Of a stretch of DNA of 64,000 nucleotides, positions 40,735 through 52,400 are shown piece by piece. Made by a program: the position numbers and the translations under genes. Below the pieces are notes generated by a model that was given only the letters and a program-made list of their open reading frames with translations, was not told the DNA's origin and ran no database searches. Position 1 is the first letter of the stretch; each line of letters begins with the position of its first letter. The DNA is from Geosiphon pyriformis uo1 (lineage: Eukaryota; Fungi; Glomeromycota), in NCBI GenBank assembly GCA_016748015.1, contig JAAOMT010000577.1, positions 416,666-480,665 of the forward strand. Reading direction: 5' to 3'.

Positions 40735-41603
40735 TGTTACAAATGATTATTTAAGATCTTAATTCAAATAACAAATCCGTAACTTGATGCTAATTCTTAA
40801 TAATGTTGGTAATATCTGAAGGTTTTGGTAATCTGAAAGTTTTATGGTTAAGTCTTTTGTATAATAGACAGATATTCAGTTATAGATTTAATAGTTTTCC
40901 AAAATTGTAATTCTGTCTAATTTTTTTCTTAGCTTGGTGGCCAGTTTTATTCTGGCAGTCATGCTCTTTTGGTAAGCTATCCATTAATATATATGTGATG
41001 TTACTCTTATTTCTGGGTTTTTTATCAGTCTATCTATGACATCAATAATTTAGTGCTTTGCTCTTTACTTAATTAGTCAACAACAAATAAAAAAAGAACA
41101 GAAAGAAAGAAAAATAGAGAAAATAAAGAAAATAGGCCAAGATGATTTGAATATTAGTATTCCATCAATAGCTGTGATCAAGAGCTATTATTTCAGTATA
41201 GTTAAATATTAATTATTATCAATATAAAGTATTGATAGTAAAAAGTGGATTAAGATATTGAATAAATGGTTTATTTAGTAGTGATTTTTGGAAGATTGCT
41301 TAGATCAGATCTAAACTAAGAAATCTTTTTTTCTATTTCTAATGCTACCACTATATATACATAATTAAGATTCTTCAATTCCTTAATTTTTCACACCAGG
41401 AATTTTGAAATTCCAGAAATTCTGCAATTCTTTTGAGAGAAATCTTAGAATTCTAAAATCCTGTGATTTCTCATACAAAAATTCTGAAATTTTTGGAATT
41501 TTGCAATTTTTTTAAAAAGAATCTTAGAATTTCACATTTATTATAGCTACTTTTGATTGGCTAATTTATATGCTAATATATTTTCTATTTTCTAAAAGTA
41601 ACA
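40735..41603 (-). repeat. Element B 5' LTR (A/D-type U3 with GGAATTCC repeats)
   Basis: tgttacaaatg...aagtaaca. U3 aligns with the A LTR, not with the B 3' LTR. Confidence 0.9.
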
Positions 41604-41862
41604 GTGTCTTATAACCAAAGAACTCAATGAGTAAATTCACAAGTTAATGAAATTATGCAAAATATGTATTATTGATAATTAAAAGCATCAAATATTATCA
41701 TCTCCCTACTCTACTAAGTTTAACCATAACATTTGGTGCTTCTTGTGAAGTTATAAAATCCATAGAGACAGAACATCTTAGAAATTCACAAAAAAGACAG
41801 ACCAAGAGAAAACAAGAGAAAAATCACTTAAGATTTGCAAAATTCTTATTTTATTTTCTTTA

Positions 41863-43300
41863 AAAAACTTATTAAATTAAAAACTTTGATTATTCAAAAT
41901 TTGATCATTAAAACTCCAAACATTTGAAACTTATCTTTGATAAATTTATTAAAAACTTGTTAAATTAAAAACTCCAATTATTCAAGACCCAATCATTAAA
42001 ATCCTGAACATTCAAAACTTACCTTTGATAAATTTGTTAAAAACTCATTAAATTAAAAACTTTGATTATTCAAAATCTGATCATTAAAACTCCAAACATT
42101 TGAAACTTATCTTTGATAAATTTATTAAAAACTTGTTAAATTAAAAACTCCAATTATTCAAGATCTAATTATTAAAATCCAAAACATTCAAAAATTACTG
42201 TTGATAAATTTATTAAAACATATTAAATTAAAAACTCTGATTATTCAAAACCTAATCATTAAAACTCTAAACATTTGAAACTTACCTTTGATAAATTTAT
42301 TAAAAACTTGTTAAATTAAAACTCCAATTATTCAAGACCCAATCATTAAAACCCTGAACATTCAAAACTTACCTTTGATAAATTTGTTAAAAACTCATTA
42401 AATTAAAAACTTTGATTATTCAAAATCTAATTATTAAAACTCCAAACATTTGAAACTTATCTTTGATAAATTTATTAAAAACTTGTTAAATTAAAAACTC
42501 CAATTATTCAAGATCTAATTATTAAAATCCAAAACATTCAAAAATTACTGTTGATAAATTCATTAAAACATATTAAATTAAAAATTCTGATTATTCAAAA
42601 CCTAATCATTAAAACTTTAAACATTTGAAACTTACCTTTGATAAATTTATTAAAAACTTGTTAAATTAAAACTCCAATTATTCAAGACCCAATCATTAAA
42701 ATCCTGAACATTCAAAACTTACCTTTGATAAATTTGTTAAAAACTCATTAAATTAAAAACTTTGATTATTCAAAATCTGATCATTAAAACTCCAAACATT
42801 TGAAACTTATCTTTGATAAATTTATTAAAAACTCATTAAATTAAAACTCTGATTATTCAAGACTCAATCATTAAAACCCTGAACATTCGAAAATTACTGT
42901 TAATAAATTCATTAAAACTTGTTAAATTAAAAACTCTGATTATTCAAAACCCAATTATTAAAACCCTGAACATTCAAAACTTATCTTTAGTAAATTTGTC
43001 AAAAACTTGTTAAATTAAAACTCTGATTATTTAAAACTCAATTGTTAAAACCCTGAACATTCGAAAATTACTATTGATAAACTTATTAAAACTCCAATTA
43101 TTCAAAACCCAATCATTAAAACCCCAAACATTTGAAACTTACTTTTAATAAATTTGTTAAAAAACTTGTTAAAATTAAAACTCTGATTATTTAAGACCCA
43201 ATTATTAAAACCCTAAACATTTGAAACTTACCTTTGATAAACTTGTTAAAACTCATTAAATTAAAAAACTTCAATTATTCAAGACCCAATTATTCAAAAA
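41863..43300 (+). repeat. Tandem array of ~17 x 87-88-bp units with a 350-bp (4-mer) higher-order repeat
   Basis: The anchor (g/a)attatt(c/t)aa recurs at 41888, 41976, 42064, 42152, 42239, 42326, 42414, 42502, 42589, 42676, 42764, 42851, 42938, 43025, 43096, 43185 and 43273. Confidence 0.95.
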
Positions 43301-43633
43301 CTCAAATATTTAAAACCCAATAATTCTAATCCCACTATTATACAAAAAAACTTACTATCAATAAAACTTGTTAAATCTCTAGCAATTTAAACTCCAGAAA
43401 TTATTCAAAAAAACCTGAACATTTAAAGTCCAATAAATTCTAAACCCTGCTATTATACAAGGAAACTTATCAATAAAACTTAATTCTTACAGTACCAATA
43501 AATCAGCAAAACTCACCTAACAGCTCTTAATCAGAATATTGAGATGTAGTCACAATCCACTTTTATGCATTATATATTTAAAAAAGAGCCAATTAGCAAG
43601 AACAAATAGAAATCAGAATTGGAACTTAATCCT

Positions 43634-43765
43634 GATTTAAACTCTACTGATAACAACAAAAATTCAAACTCTGTTAATGACAGCAACAATTCAAACTCTG
43701 CTAATAACAACAACAATTCAAATTCTGCTAATAATGACAATAATTCAAACTCTGCCAACAACAAT
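43634..43765 (+). repeat. 5 x 27-bp tandem repeat (NSNSANNNN codons) in the pre-dUTPase linker of E
   Basis: aattcaaactctg-taat-a--a-aa- units start at 43634, 43661, 43688, 43715 and 43742. Confidence 0.9.
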
Positions 43766-44029
43766 TAAAACTCCATTTCAAATACCAAACAATATATTAT
43801 GCTTCTAGATCTTACAATAAAGCAGGAATTAATTTAATTCAGCAATAATAATAAGGGCATACAGATGCAAGATTTGAACTTAGATATTTTGGACAGACCA
43901 CTATAATTAAAAACTGCAGTCACATATAAAATTAGATTTAAAAATAGCAATAGAAATTACAACAACAACATTAATACAAAAGAAAAATTTATAATTTCAC
44001 AGGAGCTCAATTCTAAAAGAAAGAAATAA

Positions 44030-44989
44030 TGTTATCCAAGTAAAAAAACCAATCCAAAATTATAAAAAAATGTAACCAAAACATGACATAATACAGAATA
44101 ATACACAATAATATTGGATAATGTGTTATAATTTAGAATAACACAAGATAACATGTTATAATGTGAGATAACACAGAATAACATGTAATAATACTAAATA
44201 ATATATTATATATAGTATAACTAGCAATAATATAAAAAAACAAAGCAATAACAGAAATAACAAAACAATTAGAAACAATTCTGTAAAACAAAAAAAATGT
44301 ATAAAAATGAGTAGCTGTAGAAGTTAGAAAAAAATCCAGAGAAAAAATTAGACTTTTAAAAATCAATTAGATTCATAGGTTATAATTATTAAATACTCTT
44401 CTTTTTAAAAATAGTTACTATCAACCAAAATAGAATTATATCAATAAAATATCTTTTCAATTTTTCAAATTCATGTTATTATCTACTACTTAATCTACTA
44501 ACACAATAGTTCTTAATCATAGCTATTAACAAGACACTTATTTCTTATTTTATTTTCTTTATTTCTTTATTTTTTTTTATTTTTTTTTATTTTTTTTATT
44601 TTTTTTTGGAGTGGCAACATAAAAAATTGACTGTCTAAAAATAGACTTTGTGATAGTCTGGTAAAAAAGGAAGGCTCCCTTTAAGTTTGAATATTAACAT
44701 TATCTTGGTAGCTTATCAGAAGAACAAAAAAGTACTGTTAGACACTAACAACTGTGTTTGTTAGCTTAGAGAAAATAGTTTACATTTATAAAAAGTTGTA
44801 ATCAGTGAAAACCAAACCTCTGTGTCTTATAACTAAAGAACTTAATAAGTAAATTTACAACTAGTAAATAAGACCTTCAGAAATTAATAATCAAGACAAA
44901 ATCAATAGAATTACATGAAATATACATTAATAATAATTGAGAACATCAAATGTTACCATTTTTTTACCCTACCAAGTTTACCCGTAATA
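44030..44989 (+). repeat. Element E 3' LTR (U3 with ATAACAC/GTGTTAT repeats)
   Basis: tgttatcc...cccgtaata; its 3' end matches the remnant at 41604-41731. Confidence 0.85.
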
Positions 44990-46447
44990 CTGGCAAGTAG
45001 CCATAAATCCAGCTGACAAAAAGAAAACTGTATTCATTATTAAAAAAAAATTTTGAATTTAAAGTAATATTATTTGGCTTAACTAATATACCAGCCATAT
45101 TTCAACAGCTAATAGAAATTGTCTATACTAGACTGCTATAAAAATCAGTAGTTATGTATTTAGATAACACTAATGTGTTTTCAAAAACATTTAATAATCA
45201 TTTGTACTATTCTCAGCAAGTGTTTAAAAGATTAAAAAAAACTGAACTGAAATTAAATACTACCAACTATTTCTTTGGCAAAACAAAATTAAAATTTTTG
45301 GGACATATTATAAGCAAAAATAGTATCAAGATAGATTCAAACAAAATAAAAATTGTCAAAAACTTTTTGGTATCAACAAATCTTACAGAATTGAAAGCAT
45401 TCTTGAAATTTGCTAAATATTACTACTATTTTATTCAGAATTTCTCCAAAATGGCTTAACCACTTCACTAGCTTCAAGCCAAAAACATAAAATATGAATG
45501 GACTAAAACCCAACAAGAAGCTTTTAATATACTGAAAAGAAAACTTATTAATCTATTCGGATTACAACAAGTCATTTATTATTATTACAGACATATTAGG
45601 CCAAGCATTGGGAGCAGTACTATCTCAAAAAAAACTGGATGGAAAGAAATATCTAGTAGCATATGCCAGCCAAAGTTTAAGCCCAGCAGAAAAAAACTAC
45701 AGAACACTAACATTAAAACATTTAGCTATTTATTAGGCAATTATTAAATAGAAGAAATACTTAAGCCAAAAGTTTGATATATACACTGATTACAAAAGAT
45801 TGACATCAATTCAGAAACAAAAATTTGAAAATAATTGCCATGTGAGATAGAAAATAGAACTTGCACTGTTTAATTATATTGTACATTATAAAAAGGAAAA
45901 GAAAATAAAAATGCTGATAGTTTGTTGTAAATAAATCAAATCTAAAAACATTTTAACCCAAAAATATAACAAAAGATGAATACACAAAAATATCAAAAAC
46001 TCTAACATTATATCAATACTTAACAGTTTAAAAAAAAATTATCTCAAAAAGAACAAAACAACATAAAACAACAATTAAAATATTTTATTATCTACCAAAA
46101 TATACTATATTGAAAAAACAGAAAAAATTTAGAGTAATCATTCAAAAAAATCACAGAACCAGAGAAAAAGACAATACTATTCAACATGCACTTAGATCCA
46201 ATAGTAGATATTTTTATAAAGAAACAATAATGGAAAGAACCAAAAAAAAATACTATTGGCCATTCAGGTATCCAGACATTATTCAATATGTTTAAAACTG
46301 TAATGCTTGTCAAAAAAAAAAAGAAACAAGACCCAATAAACCATTGAGACCAATCAAAGTGAGACAACTATTTGATTAAATTAGAATTGACTTAGTTGAA
46401 CTATTAACAATAATCAGTAAAGACAATAGATATATCACAGTAGCCAT

Positions 46448-49400
46448 TGTTATCAGAGGTTTTTGGTCTCTTTTCTTGAATGTTGTTGATGTTGATTTGC
46501 TGTGAATTTACGTTTTCAGGAAGTAGTTATACTTCCAATAACTGAATTTATCTTCAAATTATCTCTTATAATTTAAACCACTGGGCTTATAAGTGGAATA
46601 GCCAATTCTTTGCCAGTTGCTTTATGTAGTTACATTGTAGTAAACGTCAACTCTTTTCCAGGAATTGCTCATTTGAAAGCTCACTAAAAATATGTAGTTA
46701 CTTTGCTGTAAGGAATCTTATCTGTAGGCTACTCTAATAATTGTAATACAAAAATAAAAGAAAAATAAAAGAAATGTAAAAGAAATAAGATTTAATCAAG
46801 GGAAACGTTTTCTATCTAGGCCTGGAGTCACTAACAGATTATTGAAATTAGTAGCTAATCAATTTCAAAACATTAGTTGTGTTGAAAAAATTTCAAGTAT
46901 AATAATTTTAAGAATTTGTTTTTCGAATATTTAATTTTTATTTAAATGTATAAAAGATGATTTGTTTCAATTAAGATATCTAAAGTAAGATGTTATAGTA
47001 AGATACTATGAGAAGATATATTTTCTTGAAGAGAGAAGCTTTTTTTTTATACAACTTGTTGTAGTACTAGTCTTTGAACTTGCACTTTTCTTTTTGCTAC
47101 AATTTGTGTGAACTAAAGATACATTTCAGTGAATTACAAGTTATTTTCACTGAACTATTAATTATTTCGGCCAATTTTCATTAATTTTGGCAAATTTTGA
47201 CTATGTTAAATGGTTTAAGATATTGTGTAATTTGATCATTTTAATTTCTAAAATACAAATCGAATTATTGATTAAGTAATAATATTTGATAATTTGATTA
47301 AATAATAAGTGATAATCGAAATAAATGATAATGTATACTAATTAATAATAAAAATTATAAGGGTAATTTCATGCTAATTAATAGCTAAATTCTATTGATA
47401 ACATAATCTTCTCCTCAAGACTGAGCTCTATTAAAATTCAAGCACTATCTGTAATGTTAAGATAGTAGTCCAAGATAATTGAAGTGATCTGGTCTGAAAA
47501 TTGTTGAAATTTCAGTTCTGTGAGTTTGCCAATGTATTGAACTTTTATTGGTTGCAGTATTGGATTTTGCAAGATATTTTCACAAGTATTGAACAAATCA
47601 TAGAGTTTAAAAGCTGCTCTAAGTTTGTAGTGAGTGTTTGTTGGTCCAGCTGCTGTCTTAAATTCATTGTAGATTTGTTTTTGTATAGCCTCAGAAGTGA
47701 TGTTGGTTGCTTCAAGTTCCAGTTTTCGTTTATAAAATGTTTTTTTAATATGAAAATATCTATATATAAGGGTATGTTTATTGTTCTGTTCATTAAAAAA
47801 TAGTAAAAATTTTTGTTGTATTGTGGCATTTGGTGGAATGTTAATAGGGGCAATTAAAAAGTTTTCTTTTAGTGCTTGCTTCAAAAGTTCTGGTAACTTA
47901 TTTTCAGAGTGACTTTTTGTTTTTCTTCTATAGGGATGATAGTTCTAAGAATTATTTACTACTAAGACTGTGATTTCTTTCTGAATGTAATTAATTTGAC
48001 TTCTATTAATTGTTATAGATAAGTTAAGAAGTGTTTTCAAAGCTAATATTAATTTTTGAGATATTTGTTGAATATTTCGGGGAATAATTATGATAAAATT
48101 GACTAATTAATAAAAAAGAAGAAAAATAAAGAAAATTATTTTTGGATATGGGATTTTTATTTGTTTTTTTTTTGAGTTTGGGTGTTTTTGTAATTATTTA
48201 CTATTTTTGTCTTTGTGTTATTAAAAAGATTATTGTAAAATTATGTTGAATTAAGTGTTCAAGTTTGGCTGTTGTTTTATTATAATTATTGGTTCTAAAT
48301 TTTGGAGAATATCTTCAGGATTAACTAAAAAGAAATGTGTTCCAATTTGTGGAATTAATGGTTCAGGATTGTTTCTGGAATAATAGTGTTTCAATCTATC
48401 TCCATATGCAACTTTTGCTAGTATTTTGTCATCAAGTCTTAACTTGTATGATCCATTGCCTAGAATTTCGTGAATATAAAATGGTCCATTCCATTTATGT
48501 TCAAATTTTCTACTCCATTGTTTTTCAGCCTTAGTTCTGTATAAAAGAACTTTATTTCTAACTTTAAATTTATTGGTAACTGGTAGCAGTTTGTTGTCAT
48601 GTCTTTCTTTTTGTAGGGCTTGAAAGTGTTCAATATGAGTGGCTGCTATGTGTTTTTTTCCTTCTAATGTACTAAGAAAAGTGTAGGCTCTTCTTAAGAG
48701 TGTTTTTTAAAAGTTTTTTTTATTGATTGGTTGCACTAGATATGTTTCCACTGTGAAATTAATTGGTAATGTTGCTGTTCTTCCATAAGTAAGATCAAAT
48801 GGTATGTGTTTTATAGTATATTGTTTTAGTGTTTTGTATGCTAATAACACTGATAGAATAAAGATATCTCATTCCTGCTTAAAATCTGTTAAGACTTTGG
48901 CTAAAGATTCATACAATGTTCTGTTAAACTGTTCTATAAGTCTATTTGTTTAGAGATGATAAAGTGATGATAGAGGTCTTTTGACATTAAATTGTTCACA
49001 AATTTTTTGTATCAAGTTGTTTACAAAATGTGTTTTTTGATTAGATAAAAGTTCAATTGGGCATCCATGTCTACAAATAATGTCTTCATAGATGAAATTT
49101 ACTACTGATTTTGCATCTGCTCTTTGGATGACTCTAGCTTCAAGCCATTTGGTAAGATAATCTATTGTAACTGCAATATAACGATTTTCTTGGATTGTGA
49201 TAAGTAATGGTCCAACTAAATCAATTCCAATTCTGTCAAAAAGTTGTCCAACTTTGATTGGATTTAAAGATTTTGTGGGGTGAGTTTCTTCTCTTCTTTA
49301 ACAACTATCACAAGATTTTACATATTATCGAATGTCTTTTTGCATATGAGGCCAAAAATAATGTTCAAGAATTCTTTGAATTGTTTCATCTCTTTCCAAG

Positions 49401-52400
49401 TGTACTGAAAAAGGATTTGTGTACATGTTGTATAGAATTGTTTCTTTTTCATTTTTTTGTACTAATCTGAGTAGTTGGTTTGGATTTCTGCAATTTTTGT
49501 AATAGATTTTGTTGTGGTGTATGAAATATTGTTTGAATTGGTGTTGTAATCAATGTTTTTCACTTGAAGACCAATTTTCTGATATGATAAAAGTCTTCAA
49601 ATAGTTTTTGATGTTGTTGTAATTTTCAGAATCCATTGTTGTTTGGTTATTTTGTTGGTAGGTTGGTAAGTTGTGGTGGATTTGTTGTTGGTGTTAATCT
49701 TGTCTCATTCTTAAAAGACTATCAACATTGATGTGTAGTTTTCTTGGTTTGTGGTATATAATATATTTGTAGTCTACTAAGAAGTCATTCTATTGAGATT
49801 GTTTGGCACTTTGTTCAGTTTTCTTTTTATTGAGCCATTTGAGACCAATATTGTCAGTTATGATGTCAAATTTTTTTCCATTCTTCAGATATTGTAGAAA
49901 ATATTTAAGAACCCAAATGACTGTGGCAGCTTTCAATTCAGTTAAGTCATATTTGAGTTCTGTTGGCTTGAGTGTTCTACTGGCATAGACAATAATTTAT
50001 TCCTGGCCATTTTCATCCAATTGTAATAGAATGGCACCAAATACTATGTGTAAAGCATCAGTGGCTAGTTGAAATTGTTTGTTGAAATCTGAATAAGCAA
50101 GAATTGAGGCTGTTGTTAATTTTGTCTTGAGAGTTTCAAAAGCTTTTTGTTGTTTTTTAGTCCATTGGTATGACACGTTTTTGTTGGTAAGATAATTGAG
50201 TGGTTTGGCAATCTCTGAAAATTTTTTTATGAATTTTTGATAGTAAGAGGCTAATCCTATAAATCCTTTTAGTTCTGTGGTATTTCTGGATGTTTGAAAG
50301 TTTTTGACAGCACTGATTGTTCCTGGATTTGGTTTGATTCCATCTTTGCTAACAATGTGTCCAAAAAAAATTAAGCTTGTTTTTTTAAAGTGACACTTTT
50401 CAATGTTTAACTTCAATTCTGCTTTCTGTAATCATTGAAAAACTTTTTACAAGTAAATGAGATGAGCTTCAAAGCTTGGTGAATACACATCAGTGTTATC
50501 TAAATAAACAACTACTGATTGCTATAAGAGTCCTTCATATACAACATCCATAAGTCATTGAAATATTGCTGGTATATTGTAGAGTCTAAAAGGCATAACA
50601 TTGAACTCATAGTTTCCTCCTTGGATGGTAAATGCTGTTTTGGGTCGATCTTTTGGGTCTATTTCGACTTGTCAGTATTCATTTTTCAAGTCTAAAGTTA
50701 AAAAAAACTTGGTTTTCCCTAGAGCATCTAGTATGTCATTAATTCTTGAAAGAAGATAGACATCTCCAATTGTTATGCTGTTGAGCTGACAATAATTTAC
50801 ACAGAATCTGATTTTTTCTTTTTCTTTTTAACAAAAACTACTGGTGAGGCCCAAGAACTTCTTAATGGTTGAATCAATCTATTATTGAGCATTCTCTGAA
50901 CTTCTTCTCTGATAAATTGGTGGCTGGCAGATGGCACTTAATAAGCTTATTGACATTTTGGTGGAGCATCTCCTGTATGGATCTAATGTTGAACAATATC
51001 AGTTTTTCCCAGATCATTGTTTTTTTTTGCAAATATGTCAGCAAATTCAGCTATTAGCTGTTTTAATTGTCTTTGTTGTTGAGGTTCTAAGAGATCTATG
51101 TTAATTTAAGAGAGCTTTTCTTCCAAAAAGTGGTAGTTTTTGGTAGTAGGAATAATGTTTGGATTTAAAAGTAGTGTATGTCTTATAATTTTGATGAAAT
51201 TAGAGATAATTTGAGGGTTTTCATCTTGAAAAATGTTACTGTATATGATTCCAATCTCTAATTTGTTTAATAAGACAATAGAGTAATTATTGGGGTTGTA
51301 AAATATAACTCAAAATTTTTTTATTCTTTTGGGAATATAAATATTTGGAATTGAGATTTCATGCTTCAAACAGATTTGTTCATTGGATTCAAAGATTTGT
51401 TGTGTAGTGGTGGGTTTTGAGCAAGTGTAAATTTCGTGATGTTTTCCAAAAGGTGAAATGGTAATTGGTTGAAGAAGTTGAAGAATTTGGTGGAATTTAT
51501 TCTGTGTATTAAGAGCTATGTTTACTGACACTGTAAATTGTTCAGTTAAACCAAAACCTTGCATTCTTCTTTCATTTTTTTTCAATTGTTCTCTGTTGTT
51601 AACTGATTGTAAATCTGAAATGTTGATTAAAGATAGATAAATTGCTTGGGCAATCTTTTCAACATGTTCAATTTTGAATGGTTTGTCTGTTTTATTCTGC
51701 AACATGATAGTGATGTCTCCAGTATATTCTGTATCTATAACTCCTCTTTTAACATTAATTTTTTTGCTTGCCAATGATGATTTGGATGCAATTTGAATTA
51801 TTGCTTCAGGTAAAATTTCAAGAGCAATTTTGAGATTGATTTTTGTCAAGAACTTTGGTTGGAGAACCAAAGTATCTTTTCCTGGGTATCTTAGATCGTA
51901 TCCAGCATCAATCTTGTGTGTTTTTTCTGGTCTGATTTCTTGGCTATAGTTGTCAAAATATTTAAGTTGTAGAGATAGTTGATTTTCAAAAAGATAGATG
52001 AGAGTGGTTGGTAATTCTTCTACCAGTTCAGATACTCCAAATTCGATTTCATTTTCATCATTCTCATCTGGCAGGAAAATGCTAAGAGCATAGCATTCTG
52101 AACACTATTTGTCATCACAAGACATAATGTATTCTTCACACAATTAAATATTCATTTGCTCTAATTATTGAATTTGAGCTTCTTGGGTTGGATATGTATG
52201 GCTTGCAATTTGGTGGTATGTCTCTATTTCATCTTCATAGTTGAATCCAGCTAATTTTATTGTATATTCAATGTACTCAGCTTTTTTCATTTGGCAGACA
52301 TCTTCCTGTGTGGCTCTATTAATTAAAGTCATTGCTAAATCAAAGATTATTTCAGAATTATGAGGATAGTGATAGAGTTTGTTAAGAACACTATTGTATG

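Larger units (their letters stand above)
32031..41603 (-). mobile_element. Ty3/gypsy element B (chimeric: LTRs from different subfamilies, flanks from different hosts)
   Basis: LTRs at 32031-32868 and 40735-41603; PPT AAAAAGAGGAGATAA; PBS relic TGATGCTT; gag (40671->), PR (38361-38059), dUTPase, RT, RH, IN, ORF3. Confidence 0.9.
41604..44989 (+). mobile_element. Element E: internally deleted, non-autonomous gypsy derivative
   Basis: 5' LTR remnant 41604-41731; PBS TGGTGCTTC at 41734; gag start relic (..NHLRFAKFL); satellite; dUTPase-start relic; PPT 44016-44029; 3' LTR 44030-44989. Confidence 0.85.

Noticed and set aside
32027-41607. atgt/gtgt as a genuine TSD of element B
   Set aside because: The flanks belong to different host elements (LINE3 versus the E LTR) and the two LTRs differ in U3, so the resemblance is coincidental or reflects target preference.
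41863-43300. CRISPR-like array
   Set aside because: Units are contiguous tandem copies without unique spacers; there are no cas genes and the context is a eukaryotic TE nest.
43570-43764. Leucine-rich repeat ORF (LLAEFELLL) on the - strand
   Set aside because: It is the antisense shadow of the 27-bp NSNSANNNN repeat.
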